Shown here in pieces: positions 49,185 through 57,985 of a stretch of 64,000 nt of DNA (the first letter of the stretch is position 1; the number at the start of each line of letters is the position of its first letter). This DNA comes from Gemmatimonadales bacterium (lineage in GTDB: Bacteria > Gemmatimonadota > Gemmatimonadetes > Gemmatimonadales > GWC2-71-9). Location of the stretch: assembly GCA_041390145.1 (NCBI GenBank), contig JAWKQM010000012.1, forward strand, positions 18,167 through 82,166, in the 5' to 3' direction. The notes below the pieces were generated by a model. The model saw only the letters and a list, made by a program, of their open reading frames with translations, made no database searches and was not told the origin of the DNA. A program made the position numbers and the translations under genes.

Positions 49185-49885
49185 TGAGCGACCTCGTCAT
49201 CGCCGTCCGCGCGCTCACCCGCTCCTATGAGATGGGCGCCGAAGTGGTTCAGGCCCTCCGGGGCCTCGACCTCGAGATCCGCCGCAACGAGTACGTGGCC
49301 ATCATGGGGCCGTCCGGCTCGGGCAAGTCCACGCTGATGAACATGATCGGCTGCCTGGACACCCCGTCGAGCGGCGAGTACTGGCTCAACGGGCAGGAAG
49401 TGTCCCGCATGGGCGACGACGCCCTGGCCCGGGTACGGAACAAGGAGATCGGGTTCGTCTTCCAGACCTTCAACCTCCTGCCCCGCGCCACCGCCCTGCA
49501 CAACGTGGAGCTGCCGCTGGTGTACGCGGGCACCACCGCCCGCGAGCGGCGGGCCCGTGCGGAAGAGGCGCTGACGCGGGTCGGCCTGAAGGACCGCATG
49601 CATCACCGGCCAAACGAGCTCTCCGGCGGCCAGCGTCAGCGGGTGGCCATTGCCCGTGCACTGGTCAACCGGCCCTCGATCCTGCTGGCGGACGAGCCGA
49701 CCGGCAACCTCGACAGCTCCACCAGCGACGAGATCATGCAGGTCTTCGAGCAGCTCCACAGCGAGGGGCAGACCCTGGTCATGGTGACCCACGAGCCGGA
49801 CATCGCGGCACACGCCGAGCGCGTCGTGGTGTTGCGTGACGGCCGGGTCGAAAGCGACGTCCTCAACCGGACGAAGGCGGCCTGA
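49184..49885 (+). CDS. ABC transporter ATP-binding protein (MacB/LolD type, stand-alone NBD)
   Basis: Walker [10 protein letters not shown], signature LSGGQRQR, Walker [14 protein letters not shown]-loop VTHE. ATG overlaps the adaptor stop. Confidence 0.95.
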   Translation: MSDLVIAVRALTRSYEMGAEVVQALRGLDLEIRRNEYVAIMGPSGSGKSTLMNMIGCLDTPSSGEYWLNGQEVSRMGDDALARVRNKEIGFVFQTFNLLPRATALHNVELPLVYAGTTARERRARAEEALTRVGLKDRMHHRPNELSGGQRQRVAIARALVNRPSILLADEPTGNLDSSTSDEIMQVFEQLHSEGQTLVMVTHEPDIAAHAERVVVLRDGRVESDVLNRTKAA

Positions 49886-49889
49886 GCCG

Positions 49890-51131
49890 ATGCCACTCTG
49901 GGAAGCGGTCACGATGGCACTCCGCACGATCCGGGCGCAGAAGCTGAAGAGCTTCTTCTCCCTCATCGGCGTGCTGATCGGGGTCATGTTCCTGATCGCG
50001 GTCGTCTCGATCGTGCAGGGCATGAACGTGTACATGGAAGACCAGTTCGCGAACCGGCTCATCGGGCTCAACGTCTTCCAAGTGCGTCAGCGACCGAACT
50101 TCACCACCGGCAACGTGACCCGGGAGACCTGGCTCAGCTGGCGGCGCCGGCCGCGGATCACGTACGCCGACGCGGACTACATCAAGGCGCGACTCAGGAC
50201 GCCCGCGACCATCGCGATGTATTGCGCGGACCGGATGGCGCTGACCTACAATGGCAAGACGGCCAAGGATATCGACCTGGTCGGGACCGAGGAGACGTAC
50301 TTCCAGATCAAGAATCTCGAGATCGCCAACGGACGGGCCTTCTCCGCCCAGGAGGTCCGCGCGGCGCAGACCGTCGTGGTCATCGGCGACCTGGTGGCCG
50401 AGAAGCTCTACCCCGGCCAGGACCCTGTCGGCAAGGAGGTCACGATCGCGGGCCTCCCCTACCGGATCGTCGGCGTCGCGGCCAAGCAGGGGACGATGTT
50501 CGGCCTCTCGATGGACAAGTTTGCGATCATGCCATACACCGCGCCGGCCCGGCGGTACATCTGCCCGATCAACATCCTGGACGACATCCAGATCCAGACG
50601 GCGGGTCCGAGTGACATGGTGGCGGCGATGGCGGAGGTCGAGGCGATGATGCGCATCCGCCGGCAGCTCAAGCCCGCGCAGGAGAACAATTTCTACCTCC
50701 AGACGGCGGAAGGTGCACTCGAGGGGTGGAAGCGGTTCTCCAAAATCCTCTTCATGGCGCTCCCAGGGCTGGTGGCGATCTCACTGGTGGTGGGCGGCAT
50801 CGTGATCATGAACATCATGCTGATGGCCGTGTCCGAACGGACCCGGGAAATCGGCATCCGGAAGGCGCTCGGCGCCAAGCGGCGCGACATCCTTGCCCAG
50901 TTCGTGGTCGAGTCGGCCACCCTGTCGGTGGTGGGCGCCATCTTCGGCATCGGGGCGGGTATCGGACTGGCCTTCGCCGTGCGGGCGCTCTCTCCCCTGC
51001 CGGCCGCCGTGGCCCCCTGGTCCATCCTGGTGGGCGTCACGCTGGGTATCATCGTCGGCGTCGTGGCGGGCGTGTACCCGGCCACGCGCGCCAGTCGTCT
51101 GGATCCCATCGTGGCGCTCCGCGCCGAATAG
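49890..51131 (+). CDS. FtsX/MacB-type ABC permease, type A (copy 1)
   Basis: MPLWEAVTMALRTIRAQKLKSFFSLIGVLIGV..., MacB periplasmic core, FtsX domain with TREIGIRKALGAKRRDI. Ends ...LDPIVALRAE. Confidence 0.85.
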   Translation: MPLWEAVTMALRTIRAQKLKSFFSLIGVLIGVMFLIAVVSIVQGMNVYMEDQFANRLIGLNVFQVRQRPNFTTGNVTRETWLSWRRRPRITYADADYIKARLRTPATIAMYCADRMALTYNGKTAKDIDLVGTEETYFQIKNLEIANGRAFSAQEVRAAQTVVVIGDLVAEKLYPGQDPVGKEVTIAGLPYRIVGVAAKQGTMFGLSMDKFAIMPYTAPARRYICPINILDDIQIQTAGPSDMVAAMAEVEAMMRIRRQLKPAQENNFYLQTAEGALEGWKRFSKILFMALPGLVAISLVVGGIVIMNIMLMAVSERTREIGIRKALGAKRRDILAQFVVESATLSVVGAIFGIGAGIGLAFAVRALSPLPAAVAPWSILVGVTLGIIVGVVAGVYPATRASRLDPIVALRAE

Positions 51132-51143
51132 CGAGGCGACTCC

Positions 51144-52391
51144 ATGTCCCAGAGTTTCAGCCGGGCCTTCGAGGGCATCGGCATCGCACTCGACTCGCTG
51201 CGGGCGAGCAAGGTCCGCGCGGCGCTGACCATTCTCGGCGTGGCCATCGGCGTGATGGTGGTCATCGCCATGGCCTCGGCCATCACCGGTATCAACCGGG
51301 CGCTCGAAAAGGAGCTGGAGTCGGCTGGCCCACGGACCTTCTTCGTGCAACGCTTCTTTCAGGGCGGGATCAACATCTCCGACGGCTCTGATGAGCTCTC
51401 GCCGTGGCGAAAGAATCCCTGGATCACGGTGGAGGAGTCGGAGATGATCCGGCAGCTGCCAGCCATCCAGGAGGTGTCCATCGACGAGGGCACGCAGGGA
51501 CCGGTGAAGTACGGCGACACCGAGCTGCCGAGCGTCGGCATCGCCGGGTTTGGCCCGGCGTGGGTGTACGTGACCGGCGGCGAGATCGTGGCGGGACGGA
51601 GTTTCACCGCCATGGAGTATGCGGCCGGCGCCCGGGTGGCCGTCATCAACGACAAGGTGGCGGAGGCGCTGTTCCCGGGGCTCGACCCCATCGGCAAGAC
51701 GATCAAGATCTTCGGGCAGCCCTTCCAGGTGATCGGCCTGCACGTGGCCGCCGCCTCCCTTTTCGGCGGCGGCGACCAGGCCCGGCTCGCAATTCCGCAC
51801 ACAACGTTCGAGAAGGTCGCGGACTACTGGAAGGGCTGGATGAGCATCTCCGTCATGCCGGTCGACGAGGTGACGGTGGAGGAGGCGCAGGACCAGGTGG
51901 TGGCGGCGCTGCGAGGTAGCCGTGGGCTCAAGCCGTCGCAGGAGAACAACTTTGCCATCCTCACCCAGGACCGGATCCTCGAGACGTTCGACAGCATGAC
52001 GAGCGCCTTCTTCCTGGTGATGCTGGCGCTCTCCAGCGTGGGCTTGATGGTAGGTGGCGTCGGGGTGGTAGCCATCATGATGATCTCGGTCACCGAGCGC
52101 ACCCGGGAGATCGGCGTCCGCAAGGCCCTTGGCGCCACCCGACGCGAAGTACTCTTCCAGTTCCTGGTCGAGGCCGCTACCCTCACTCTCGTGGGCGGCG
52201 TGGTCGGCATGATGCTCGGCGGCCTGATTGCGCTGGGCATCAACAAGCTGACCCCCATCCCCGCCGCCGTCCCCCTCTGGTCGGTCGTGGTGGCGCTGCT
52301 GGCATCGATCGTGACTGGCATCATGTTCGGCATGTATCCCGCCAACAAGGCCAGCAAGCTGGATCCGGTGGAGGCGTTGCGGTACGAATAG
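51144..52391 (+). CDS. FtsX/MacB-type ABC permease, type B (copy 1)
   Basis: ...LRASKVRAALTILGVAIGV..., TREIGVRKALGATRREV. Ends ...LDPVEALRYE. Confidence 0.85.
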   Translation: MSQSFSRAFEGIGIALDSLRASKVRAALTILGVAIGVMVVIAMASAITGINRALEKELESAGPRTFFVQRFFQGGINISDGSDELSPWRKNPWITVEESEMIRQLPAIQEVSIDEGTQGPVKYGDTELPSVGIAGFGPAWVYVTGGEIVAGRSFTAMEYAAGARVAVINDKVAEALFPGLDPIGKTIKIFGQPFQVIGLHVAAASLFGGGDQARLAIPHTTFEKVADYWKGWMSISVMPVDEVTVEEAQDQVVAALRGSRGLKPSQENNFAILTQDRILETFDSMTSAFFLVMLALSSVGLMVGGVGVVAIMMISVTERTREIGVRKALGATRREVLFQFLVEAATLTLVGGVVGMMLGGLIALGINKLTPIPAAVPLWSVVVALLASIVTGIMFGMYPANKASKLDPVEALRYE

Positions 52392-52397
52392 CGATGG

Positions 52398-52462
52398 CGG
52401 GGAGGCGGGAAAGCGCGGGGAAGGCCGCCGTGCCCCGCCTCCCCCGCTTTCCCGCCTCCCCG
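52398..52462 (+). terminator. very stable stem-loop between permease genes 2 and 3 (candidate terminator, attenuator or mRNA-stabilising element)
   Basis: 18-bp perfect inverted repeat: CGGGGAGGCGGGAAAGCG (52398-52415) pairs with CGCTTTCCCGCCTCCCCG (52445-52462). The loop has further G:C pairing potential. A TTTT lies 12 nt downstream. Confidence 0.45.
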
Positions 52463-52471
52463 GTGCCCCGC

Positions 52472-52477
52472 TAGTTT
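52472..52477 (+). promoter_or_regulatory. -10-like hexamer before permease gene 3
   Basis: TAGTTT-N6-ATG (52484), with no SD. Confidence 0.3.
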
Positions 52478-52483
52478 TCCGAC

Positions 52484-53728
52484 ATGCCCCTCCGTGAAGC
52501 CTTCCGCCTCGCCCTCCAGTCGATCCTCGGCAGCAAGCTGCGGTCGTTCTTCACCCTGCTGGGCATCATCGTCTCCGTCGGCTTCCTCGTGGCGGTGGTG
52601 GCGATCATCCAGGGGATGAACGCCTACGTGAAGGAGAACATCGCCGGCGCCGTCATCGGGACCAACGCCTTCCAGGTCCGCCGGACGCCGGTGTCCGTGG
52701 GGTTGATGGACGACGAACAGGTCCGAGCCATCGCGAAGCGCCCCCTCGTCACCACCGACGATGCCGAAGTGGTCCGGCGCGCCCTCCCCGACGCCCAGGC
52801 GGTCGCCTTCCAGTCCGGGTGGCCCACCCCGACGAGCGACCTGACCTACCGCAACCAGCGTATCGGCGACGTCCTCGTCTTCGGCATCACCCCGGACTAC
52901 CAGATTGTCCGCGACTACGTGTTTGCCGCCGGCGAACCGATGAGCGACCCCGACGTGGACGGGCGCCGCATGGTGGCGGTGGTCGGCTTCGACGTCGCCG
53001 ACAAGCTGTTCGGCGACGCGGAGAAGGCCATCGGCAAGTCGATCCGCATCGCCGGCCGCGAATTCACCATCAAGGGTGTGGTCGCGAAGAAGGGGAAGGT
53101 CCTCGGCCAGTCCTTCGACGGGTTTGCGCTCGTGCCCTACTCCACGTTCGAGTCCATCTACGGCCGCCGAAAGACGACCGTGGTCTCGGTCAAGATGCGC
53201 GACGCCGACGAGGTGGAGCCCGCCATGGCGCGCGCACAGGAAGCGATGCGGCTGGCGCACCGGCTGCGGCCCAACGAACCTGACGACTTCACGGTGGACA
53301 AGGCCGATGCGCTGGTCGCCTTCTGGAAGAGCCTGACACGGATCCTCTTCACGATCATCCCCGCCGTGGTGTGCATCGGCATCGTGGTCGGCGGCATCGT
53401 GATCATGAACATCATGCTCATGACGGTCAACGAGCGGACCAGGGAAATCGGCGTCCGCAAGTCCCTCGGCGCGACGCGCCGCGACATCCAGCGCCAGTTT
53501 CTCGTGGAGGCTGCCACGCTCTCCTTCTTTGGGGGCATTCTGGGCGTCGCCGCCGGGTGGTCGCTGGCGTTCATCGTCTCGTCCGTCACGCCGCTCCCGG
53601 CCCGGGTCACCCTCTGGTCGATTTCGGTGGCGCTGGCGCTCGGCGTCGGGACCGGCCTGCTGTTCGGCGTCTATCCCGCTTCGCGCGCCGCGAAGCTCGA
53701 CCCGATCACCGCCCTCCGCGCGGAGTGA
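52484..53728 (+). CDS. FtsX/MacB-type ABC permease, type A (copy 2)
   Basis: MPLREAFRLALQSILGSKLRSFFTLLGIIVSV... is colinear with copy 1 of type A. Ends ...LDPITALRAE. Confidence 0.85.
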   Translation: MPLREAFRLALQSILGSKLRSFFTLLGIIVSVGFLVAVVAIIQGMNAYVKENIAGAVIGTNAFQVRRTPVSVGLMDDEQVRAIAKRPLVTTDDAEVVRRALPDAQAVAFQSGWPTPTSDLTYRNQRIGDVLVFGITPDYQIVRDYVFAAGEPMSDPDVDGRRMVAVVGFDVADKLFGDAEKAIGKSIRIAGREFTIKGVVAKKGKVLGQSFDGFALVPYSTFESIYGRRKTTVVSVKMRDADEVEPAMARAQEAMRLAHRLRPNEPDDFTVDKADALVAFWKSLTRILFTIIPAVVCIGIVVGGIVIMNIMLMTVNERTREIGVRKSLGATRRDIQRQFLVEAATLSFFGGILGVAAGWSLAFIVSSVTPLPARVTLWSISVALALGVGTGLLFGVYPASRAAKLDPITALRAE

Positions 53729-53732
53729 CGCC

Positions 53733-54974
53733 ATGATTCCGCTGAGCCGGGTCGGTGAGGGCGTCCTGATGGCGCTGGATGCCATGCGCGCCAACAAGTT
53801 GCGCTCCGCGCTCACGGTGCTGGGCGTGATCATCGGGGTCGCGACCGTGATGACCATGGCGTCGATCGTCCAGGGGGTGCGCTCGCAGATCTTCAACGCC
53901 ATCGAGGTGGCCGGCCCCACGACGTTCTACGTGATGCGGTACTTCTCCCAGACGCCCCTCAATCCGGACAACCTGCCCTATGAAGTGCGCATCCGTCCGG
54001 TGCTCCGGGAGAGCGACGCCGAGGCGATCCGGCAGGTGCCCGAGATCCAGTACGCCGGCATGTGGATCCAGGTGTTCGCACGGCTGGAGTACCAGGGGAC
54101 GCAGACGCAGATGATCACGGTGTGGGCGGCCGACGACCACTACATGGAGCTGCAGGGCGGGACCCTCCTCCGCGGGCGCTTCTTCACCCGGGCGGAGCTC
54201 ACCGGCGAACAGGTGATGGTCATCGAGGAGAAGACCGCCGACCACCTCTTCGGGCGGCTCGACCCGATGGGGAAGACTGTCCGGGTGAACGGGGTGCCGT
54301 TCCGGATCATCGGCGTCTACCTGAAGCCGGACAACATTTTCGAGCCGCCCGGACAGGAGACGGCGGGCATCATCCCGTACCGCGCGGCGAAGTACAATCT
54401 GCGCTATGACGAGACGAACACCCTCTGGATCTCGGTCAAGGGACGCCCCGACGTCAGCGTGGCGAAGGCCCAGGATCTCGTGACGGTGGCCCTCAGGCGC
54501 GAGCGCAAGCTCCGCCCCGGCGTGCCGAACACCTTCGACCTCATCACGCAGGACCAGATTCTCGACATTATGGGCAGCCTGACCACCGCCTTCTTCGGTG
54601 TGATGGTGGCCCTGTCGGGCGTGGCGCTGCTCGTGGGCGGCATCGGCGTCATGGCCATCATGATGGTGTCCGTGACCGACCGCACCCGGGAAATCGGCCT
54701 CCGGAAGGCCCTCGGTGCCACCCGGCGGGAGATCCTGCTCCAGTTCCTCGTCGAGGCGGCCACCCTGACCCTCATGGGCGGGCTGCTCGGAATCGTGGTG
54801 GGGCTCGGCCTCGGCCAGGTGCTGAAGCACGTGCTCAACCTGCAGTCCTCCGTGCCGCTCTGGAGCGCCGTCGTGGCCACGGCCGTCTCGGTGGGGATCG
54901 GGCTCGGGTTCGGGCTCTACCCGGCCAACAAGGCCGCCGCAATGGATCCCATCGAGGCGCTGCGGCACGAGTAG
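53733..54974 (+). CDS. FtsX/MacB-type ABC permease, type B (copy 2)
   Basis: ...MRANKLRSALTVLGVIIGV... is colinear with copy 1 of type B. Ends ...MDPIEALRHE. Confidence 0.85.
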   Translation: MIPLSRVGEGVLMALDAMRANKLRSALTVLGVIIGVATVMTMASIVQGVRSQIFNAIEVAGPTTFYVMRYFSQTPLNPDNLPYEVRIRPVLRESDAEAIRQVPEIQYAGMWIQVFARLEYQGTQTQMITVWAADDHYMELQGGTLLRGRFFTRAELTGEQVMVIEEKTADHLFGRLDPMGKTVRVNGVPFRIIGVYLKPDNIFEPPGQETAGIIPYRAAKYNLRYDETNTLWISVKGRPDVSVAKAQDLVTVALRRERKLRPGVPNTFDLITQDQILDIMGSLTTAFFGVMVALSGVALLVGGIGVMAIMMVSVTDRTREIGLRKALGATRREILLQFLVEAATLTLMGGLLGIVVGLGLGQVLKHVLNLQSSVPLWSAVVATAVSVGIGLGFGLYPANKAAAMDPIEALRHE

Positions 54975-54989
54975 GCGGGGAGGCGGGAA
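54974..54989 (+). repeat. second copy of 16-nt G-rich motif GGCGGGGAGGCGGGAA
   Basis: Identical 16-mer at 52396-52411 and 54974-54989. Each begins within 5 nt of the stop codon of a type-B permease gene. Confidence 0.7.
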
Positions 54990-55011
54990 TGCGGGGAGGA
55001 CGGCAGACGGC

Positions 55012-55017
55012 TAAATT
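55012..55017 (+). promoter_or_regulatory. -10-like hexamer before bshB1
   Basis: TAAATT-N7-ATG (55025), with no SD. Confidence 0.3.
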
Positions 55018-55024
55018 GTCACGC

Positions 55025-55741
55025 ATGAGCGTAGATATCCTGGCCATTGCGGCCCACCGTGACGACGTCGAACTGACCTGTGCCGGTACCCTGCTCCGTG
55101 CCATCGATCAGGGGCACACCGCCGGCATTCTCGACCTGACGGCCGGCGAGAGCGGTACCCGCGGCAGCGCCGACCTGCGGGCCGCCGAGGCGGAAGCGGC
55201 CGCGACAATTCTCGGGGTGTCCGAGCGCCGGAACGCCGGCCTCCCCGACGCCCACCTCCAGAATTCGGAAGAGGCGCGGCGCCTCGTGGTCTCGCAGATC
55301 CGGCATTTCCGCCCGCGGGTGGTCATCCTCCCCTTCCCGGTCGGCCGGCACCCCGATCACCGGATCGCCTCCGAACTGGGCCGCGATGCCTGTTTCCTCG
55401 CCGGGCTGGCCAAGTACGATGCCGATGGCCCACCGCACCGGCCGCACAAGGTCCTCTATGCGCTCAGCTATCGCGAGGACCCGGTCAAGCCGACCTTTGT
55501 CGTGGACATCAGCGCGCAGTTCGAGCGGAAGCTGGCCGCCATCCGGTGCTATGCCAGCCAGTTTGACGGCGCCAAGGCGGCCGGCGAGATCTTCCCGACC
55601 GGCCAGGATCTCTACTCGCTCGTCGAGACGCAGAACGCGCACTACGGCTCGCTGATCCGCACCCGGTTCGGGGAGCCCTATTTCACCCATGAGACCGTGC
55701 GGATCGACGACGTGCTCGCGCTCGACGTCTCCAGCATGTAG
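55025..55741 (+). CDS. bshB1: PIG-L family deacetylase, BshB1-like (bacillithiol biosynthesis)
   Basis: MSVDILAIAAHRDDVELTCAGTLL...LDLTAGESGTRGS...R..EA..AA.ILG matches the BshB1 N-terminal pattern. Confidence 0.7.
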   Translation: MSVDILAIAAHRDDVELTCAGTLLRAIDQGHTAGILDLTAGESGTRGSADLRAAEAEAAATILGVSERRNAGLPDAHLQNSEEARRLVVSQIRHFRPRVVILPFPVGRHPDHRIASELGRDACFLAGLAKYDADGPPHRPHKVLYALSYREDPVKPTFVVDISAQFERKLAAIRCYASQFDGAKAAGEIFPTGQDLYSLVETQNAHYGSLIRTRFGEPYFTHETVRIDDVLALDVSSM

Positions 55742-55755
55742 GAAACGCGCCGACC

Positions 55756-56934
55756 ATGACGCCTTCTCCCGTCTACCTCGACCACGCCGCCACGACACCC
55801 GTGCGCGCCGAGGTGCTGGAAGCCATGCTCCCCTATCTCGGAGCCTCGGCCTTCGGCAATCCCGCGAGCGCGCACCGGTTTGGGCGCGCGGCCCGCGCAG
55901 GGGTCGAGGAGGCGCGCCGCCAGGTGGCAACGGCCGTCGGTGCGGAACCGAGCCAGGTCATCTTCACCTCCGGCGGCACCGAGGCGGACAACCTGGCGGT
56001 GGTTGGCGCCGCCCTCGCAGCCGGAGCGGCGGGCCGCCCGATGCACGCGGCCGTGTGTGCCACGGACCACAAGGCCGTGCTCGCCGCCGCCCACGCCGTG
56101 GCACGGCTCGGCGGATCCGAGACGGTGCTCCCGGTGGACAGCCACGGCGTCCTCGACCTGGCCGCGCTCGACGCCGCCCTGACCAACGCGCCCGCCGTCG
56201 TGTCGGTCATGTGGGTCAACAACGAGGTCGGGACGGTGCAGCCGGTCGAAGAGATCGGCCGCCGGTGCCGTGCCGCCGGGGCGATGTTCCATACCGACGC
56301 CGTGCAGGCCTTCGGCAAGCTCCCGGTCTCCATTGATGCCGCCGACGCCACGCTCCTGACGCTGTCGGGGCACAAGATTGGTGCCCCAAAGGGCGTCGGC
56401 GCGCTCGTGGTGCGGAGCCGGGCGGCGGTCGAGGCCATCATTCACGGCGGCGGCCAGCAGTTCGGGCTCCGGCCCGGCACCGAGAACGTTCCCGGCTCCG
56501 TGGCGCTCGGCAAGGCGGCGGAACTCGCCGCCGCGGAGCAAGCGGCCAAGGCGACGCGGCTCGCCGCGCTCCGCGACGAATTGGCGGCGCGCATTCGGAG
56601 CGCCATCCCCGACATGATCTGGATTGCCGAGCGAGGCCCGCGCGCGCCGCATGTGCTGAGCGTGGCGATTCCCGGCGCCGACGCCGAGGCGCTGCTGATG
56701 CATCTCGACCTCCAGGGCATCGCGGCGTCGGGGGGCTCGGCGTGCAATACCGGCGCGGCGGAACCATCGCATGTGTTGACCGCCATGGGCGTCCCGCGCG
56801 AGGTGGCGCTCTGCACCATCCGCTTCTCGATGGGCGCCGAGACCACACAGGGCGACATCGACCGGACGGCCGAGGTGCTCCCGACGGTGGTGGCCAAGGT
56901 GCGCAAGCTGGCGGGGGTGCTCGGTCGTGCCTGA
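55756..56934 (+). CDS. cysteine desulfurase (class V aminotransferase, NifS/IscS family)
   Basis: PLP-lysine block [15 protein letters not shown] and the catalytic Cys loop SGGSACNTG. Confidence 0.9.
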   Translation: MTPSPVYLDHAATTPVRAEVLEAMLPYLGASAFGNPASAHRFGRAARAGVEEARRQVATAVGAEPSQVIFTSGGTEADNLAVVGAALAAGAAGRPMHAAVCATDHKAVLAAAHAVARLGGSETVLPVDSHGVLDLAALDAALTNAPAVVSVMWVNNEVGTVQPVEEIGRRCRAAGAMFHTDAVQAFGKLPVSIDAADATLLTLSGHKIGAPKGVGALVVRSRAAVEAIIHGGGQQFGLRPGTENVPGSVALGKAAELAAAEQAAKATRLAALRDELAARIRSAIPDMIWIAERGPRAPHVLSVAIPGADAEALLMHLDLQGIAASGGSACNTGAAEPSHVLTAMGVPREVALCTIRFSMGAETTQGDIDRTAEVLPTVVAKVRKLAGVLGRA

Positions 56935-57985
56935 GCGGGTGCTTGTGGCCATGTCAGGCGGCGTGGACAGTTCGGTGGCCGCCGCCCTGCTCGTGGAGCA
57001 GGGGTATGACGTGGTGGGCGCCACCATGAAGCTCTTCTGCTACGGCGACTCGGTGCCGGACCGCCCCTGCTGCTCCCTGGATTCGATCAACGACGCGCGC
57101 GACGTGGCGGCCAAGCTCGGCATTCCGCACTATGTGCTGAACCTCGAAGACCGCTTCTCGTTGCACGTGATCCAGAACTTCGTGTCGGAGTACAGCCGCG
57201 GGCGGACCCCGATCCCCTGCGTGCGGTGCAACTCGTTCACGAAGTTCCGCGACCTCCTGGCCCACGCCGACTCCCTCGACTGCAACTACATCGCCACGGG
57301 GCACTACGCTGTGGCCCGGGACGGCGCGCTGTACCGGGGCCAGGACCTGAACAAGGACCAGAGCTACTTCCTGTGGGGCATCGACCAGGCGGTGGTGGCG
57401 CGGATGCTGACCCCGGTCGGAAGTTCCACGAAGGACGAGACCCGGGCGCTGGCGCGGCGCCTCGGCCTGGCCACCGCGGACAAGCCGGAGTCCGTCGAAA
57501 TTTGTTTCGTGCCCGACGATGACTACGTCGGCGTGCTCGAGCAGCACCTTCCCGCGGATGCCCCTGCGCTGAGCCGGGGACCACTCACCACCGTCGCCGG
57601 CGACGTGATCGGTGAGCACGAGGGATTTGCCCGGTATACCGTCGGACAGCGCCGCGGATTGCCGGGCGGGTTTGCCGAGCCGATGTACGTCGTGGCCATC
57701 CGGCCCGAGGGTCGCGAAGTGGTCATTGGCCCGGAAGCGGCGCTGGAGGGAAATCGCCTGGCGCTGGCGGAGGTGAACTGGCTGGGCCCGGCGCTCGCCG
57801 TCGGCGACCGATGCGGCGTGCAGATCCGCTACCGCGCCCGGGCCATCCCGGCCACCGTGACGGCGCGGGGCGACGACGGCATTTCTCTCCTCCTCGATAC
57901 TCCCGGGCGGGCCATCTCCCCGGGACAGTCCGGCGTCCTGTACGGCGCCGACGACCGCGTCCTTGGCGGCGGAGTGATCCAATGA
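56927..57985 (+). CDS. mnmA: tRNA 2-thiouridine(34) synthase
   Basis: PP-loop [16 protein letters not shown], catalytic Cys blocks (NPCVRCN-type IPCVRCN), DQSYFLW motif. Confidence 0.9.
   Translation: MPERVLVAMSGGVDSSVAAALLVEQGYDVVGATMKLFCYGDSVPDRPCCSLDSINDARDVAAKLGIPHYVLNLEDRFSLHVIQNFVSEYSRGRTPIPCVRCNSFTKFRDLLAHADSLDCNYIATGHYAVARDGALYRGQDLNKDQSYFLWGIDQAVVARMLTPVGSSTKDETRALARRLGLATADKPESVEICFVPDDDYVGVLEQHLPADAPALSRGPLTTVAGDVIGEHEGFARYTVGQRRGLPGGFAEPMYVVAIRPEGREVVIGPEAALEGNRLALAEVNWLGPALAVGDRCGVQIRYRARAIPATVTARGDDGISLLLDTPGRAISPGQSGVLYGADDRVLGGGVIQ

Noticed and set aside
52396-52424. G-quadruplex reading of GGCGGGGAGGCGGGAAAGCGCGGGGAAGG.
   Set aside because: A perfectly complementary C-rich arm lies 30 nt downstream, so a duplex hairpin explains the first copy better. 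The G-runs are also irregular (4-2-3-4-2). The idea is not excluded for the second, armless copy at 54974, but I have no supporting evidence.
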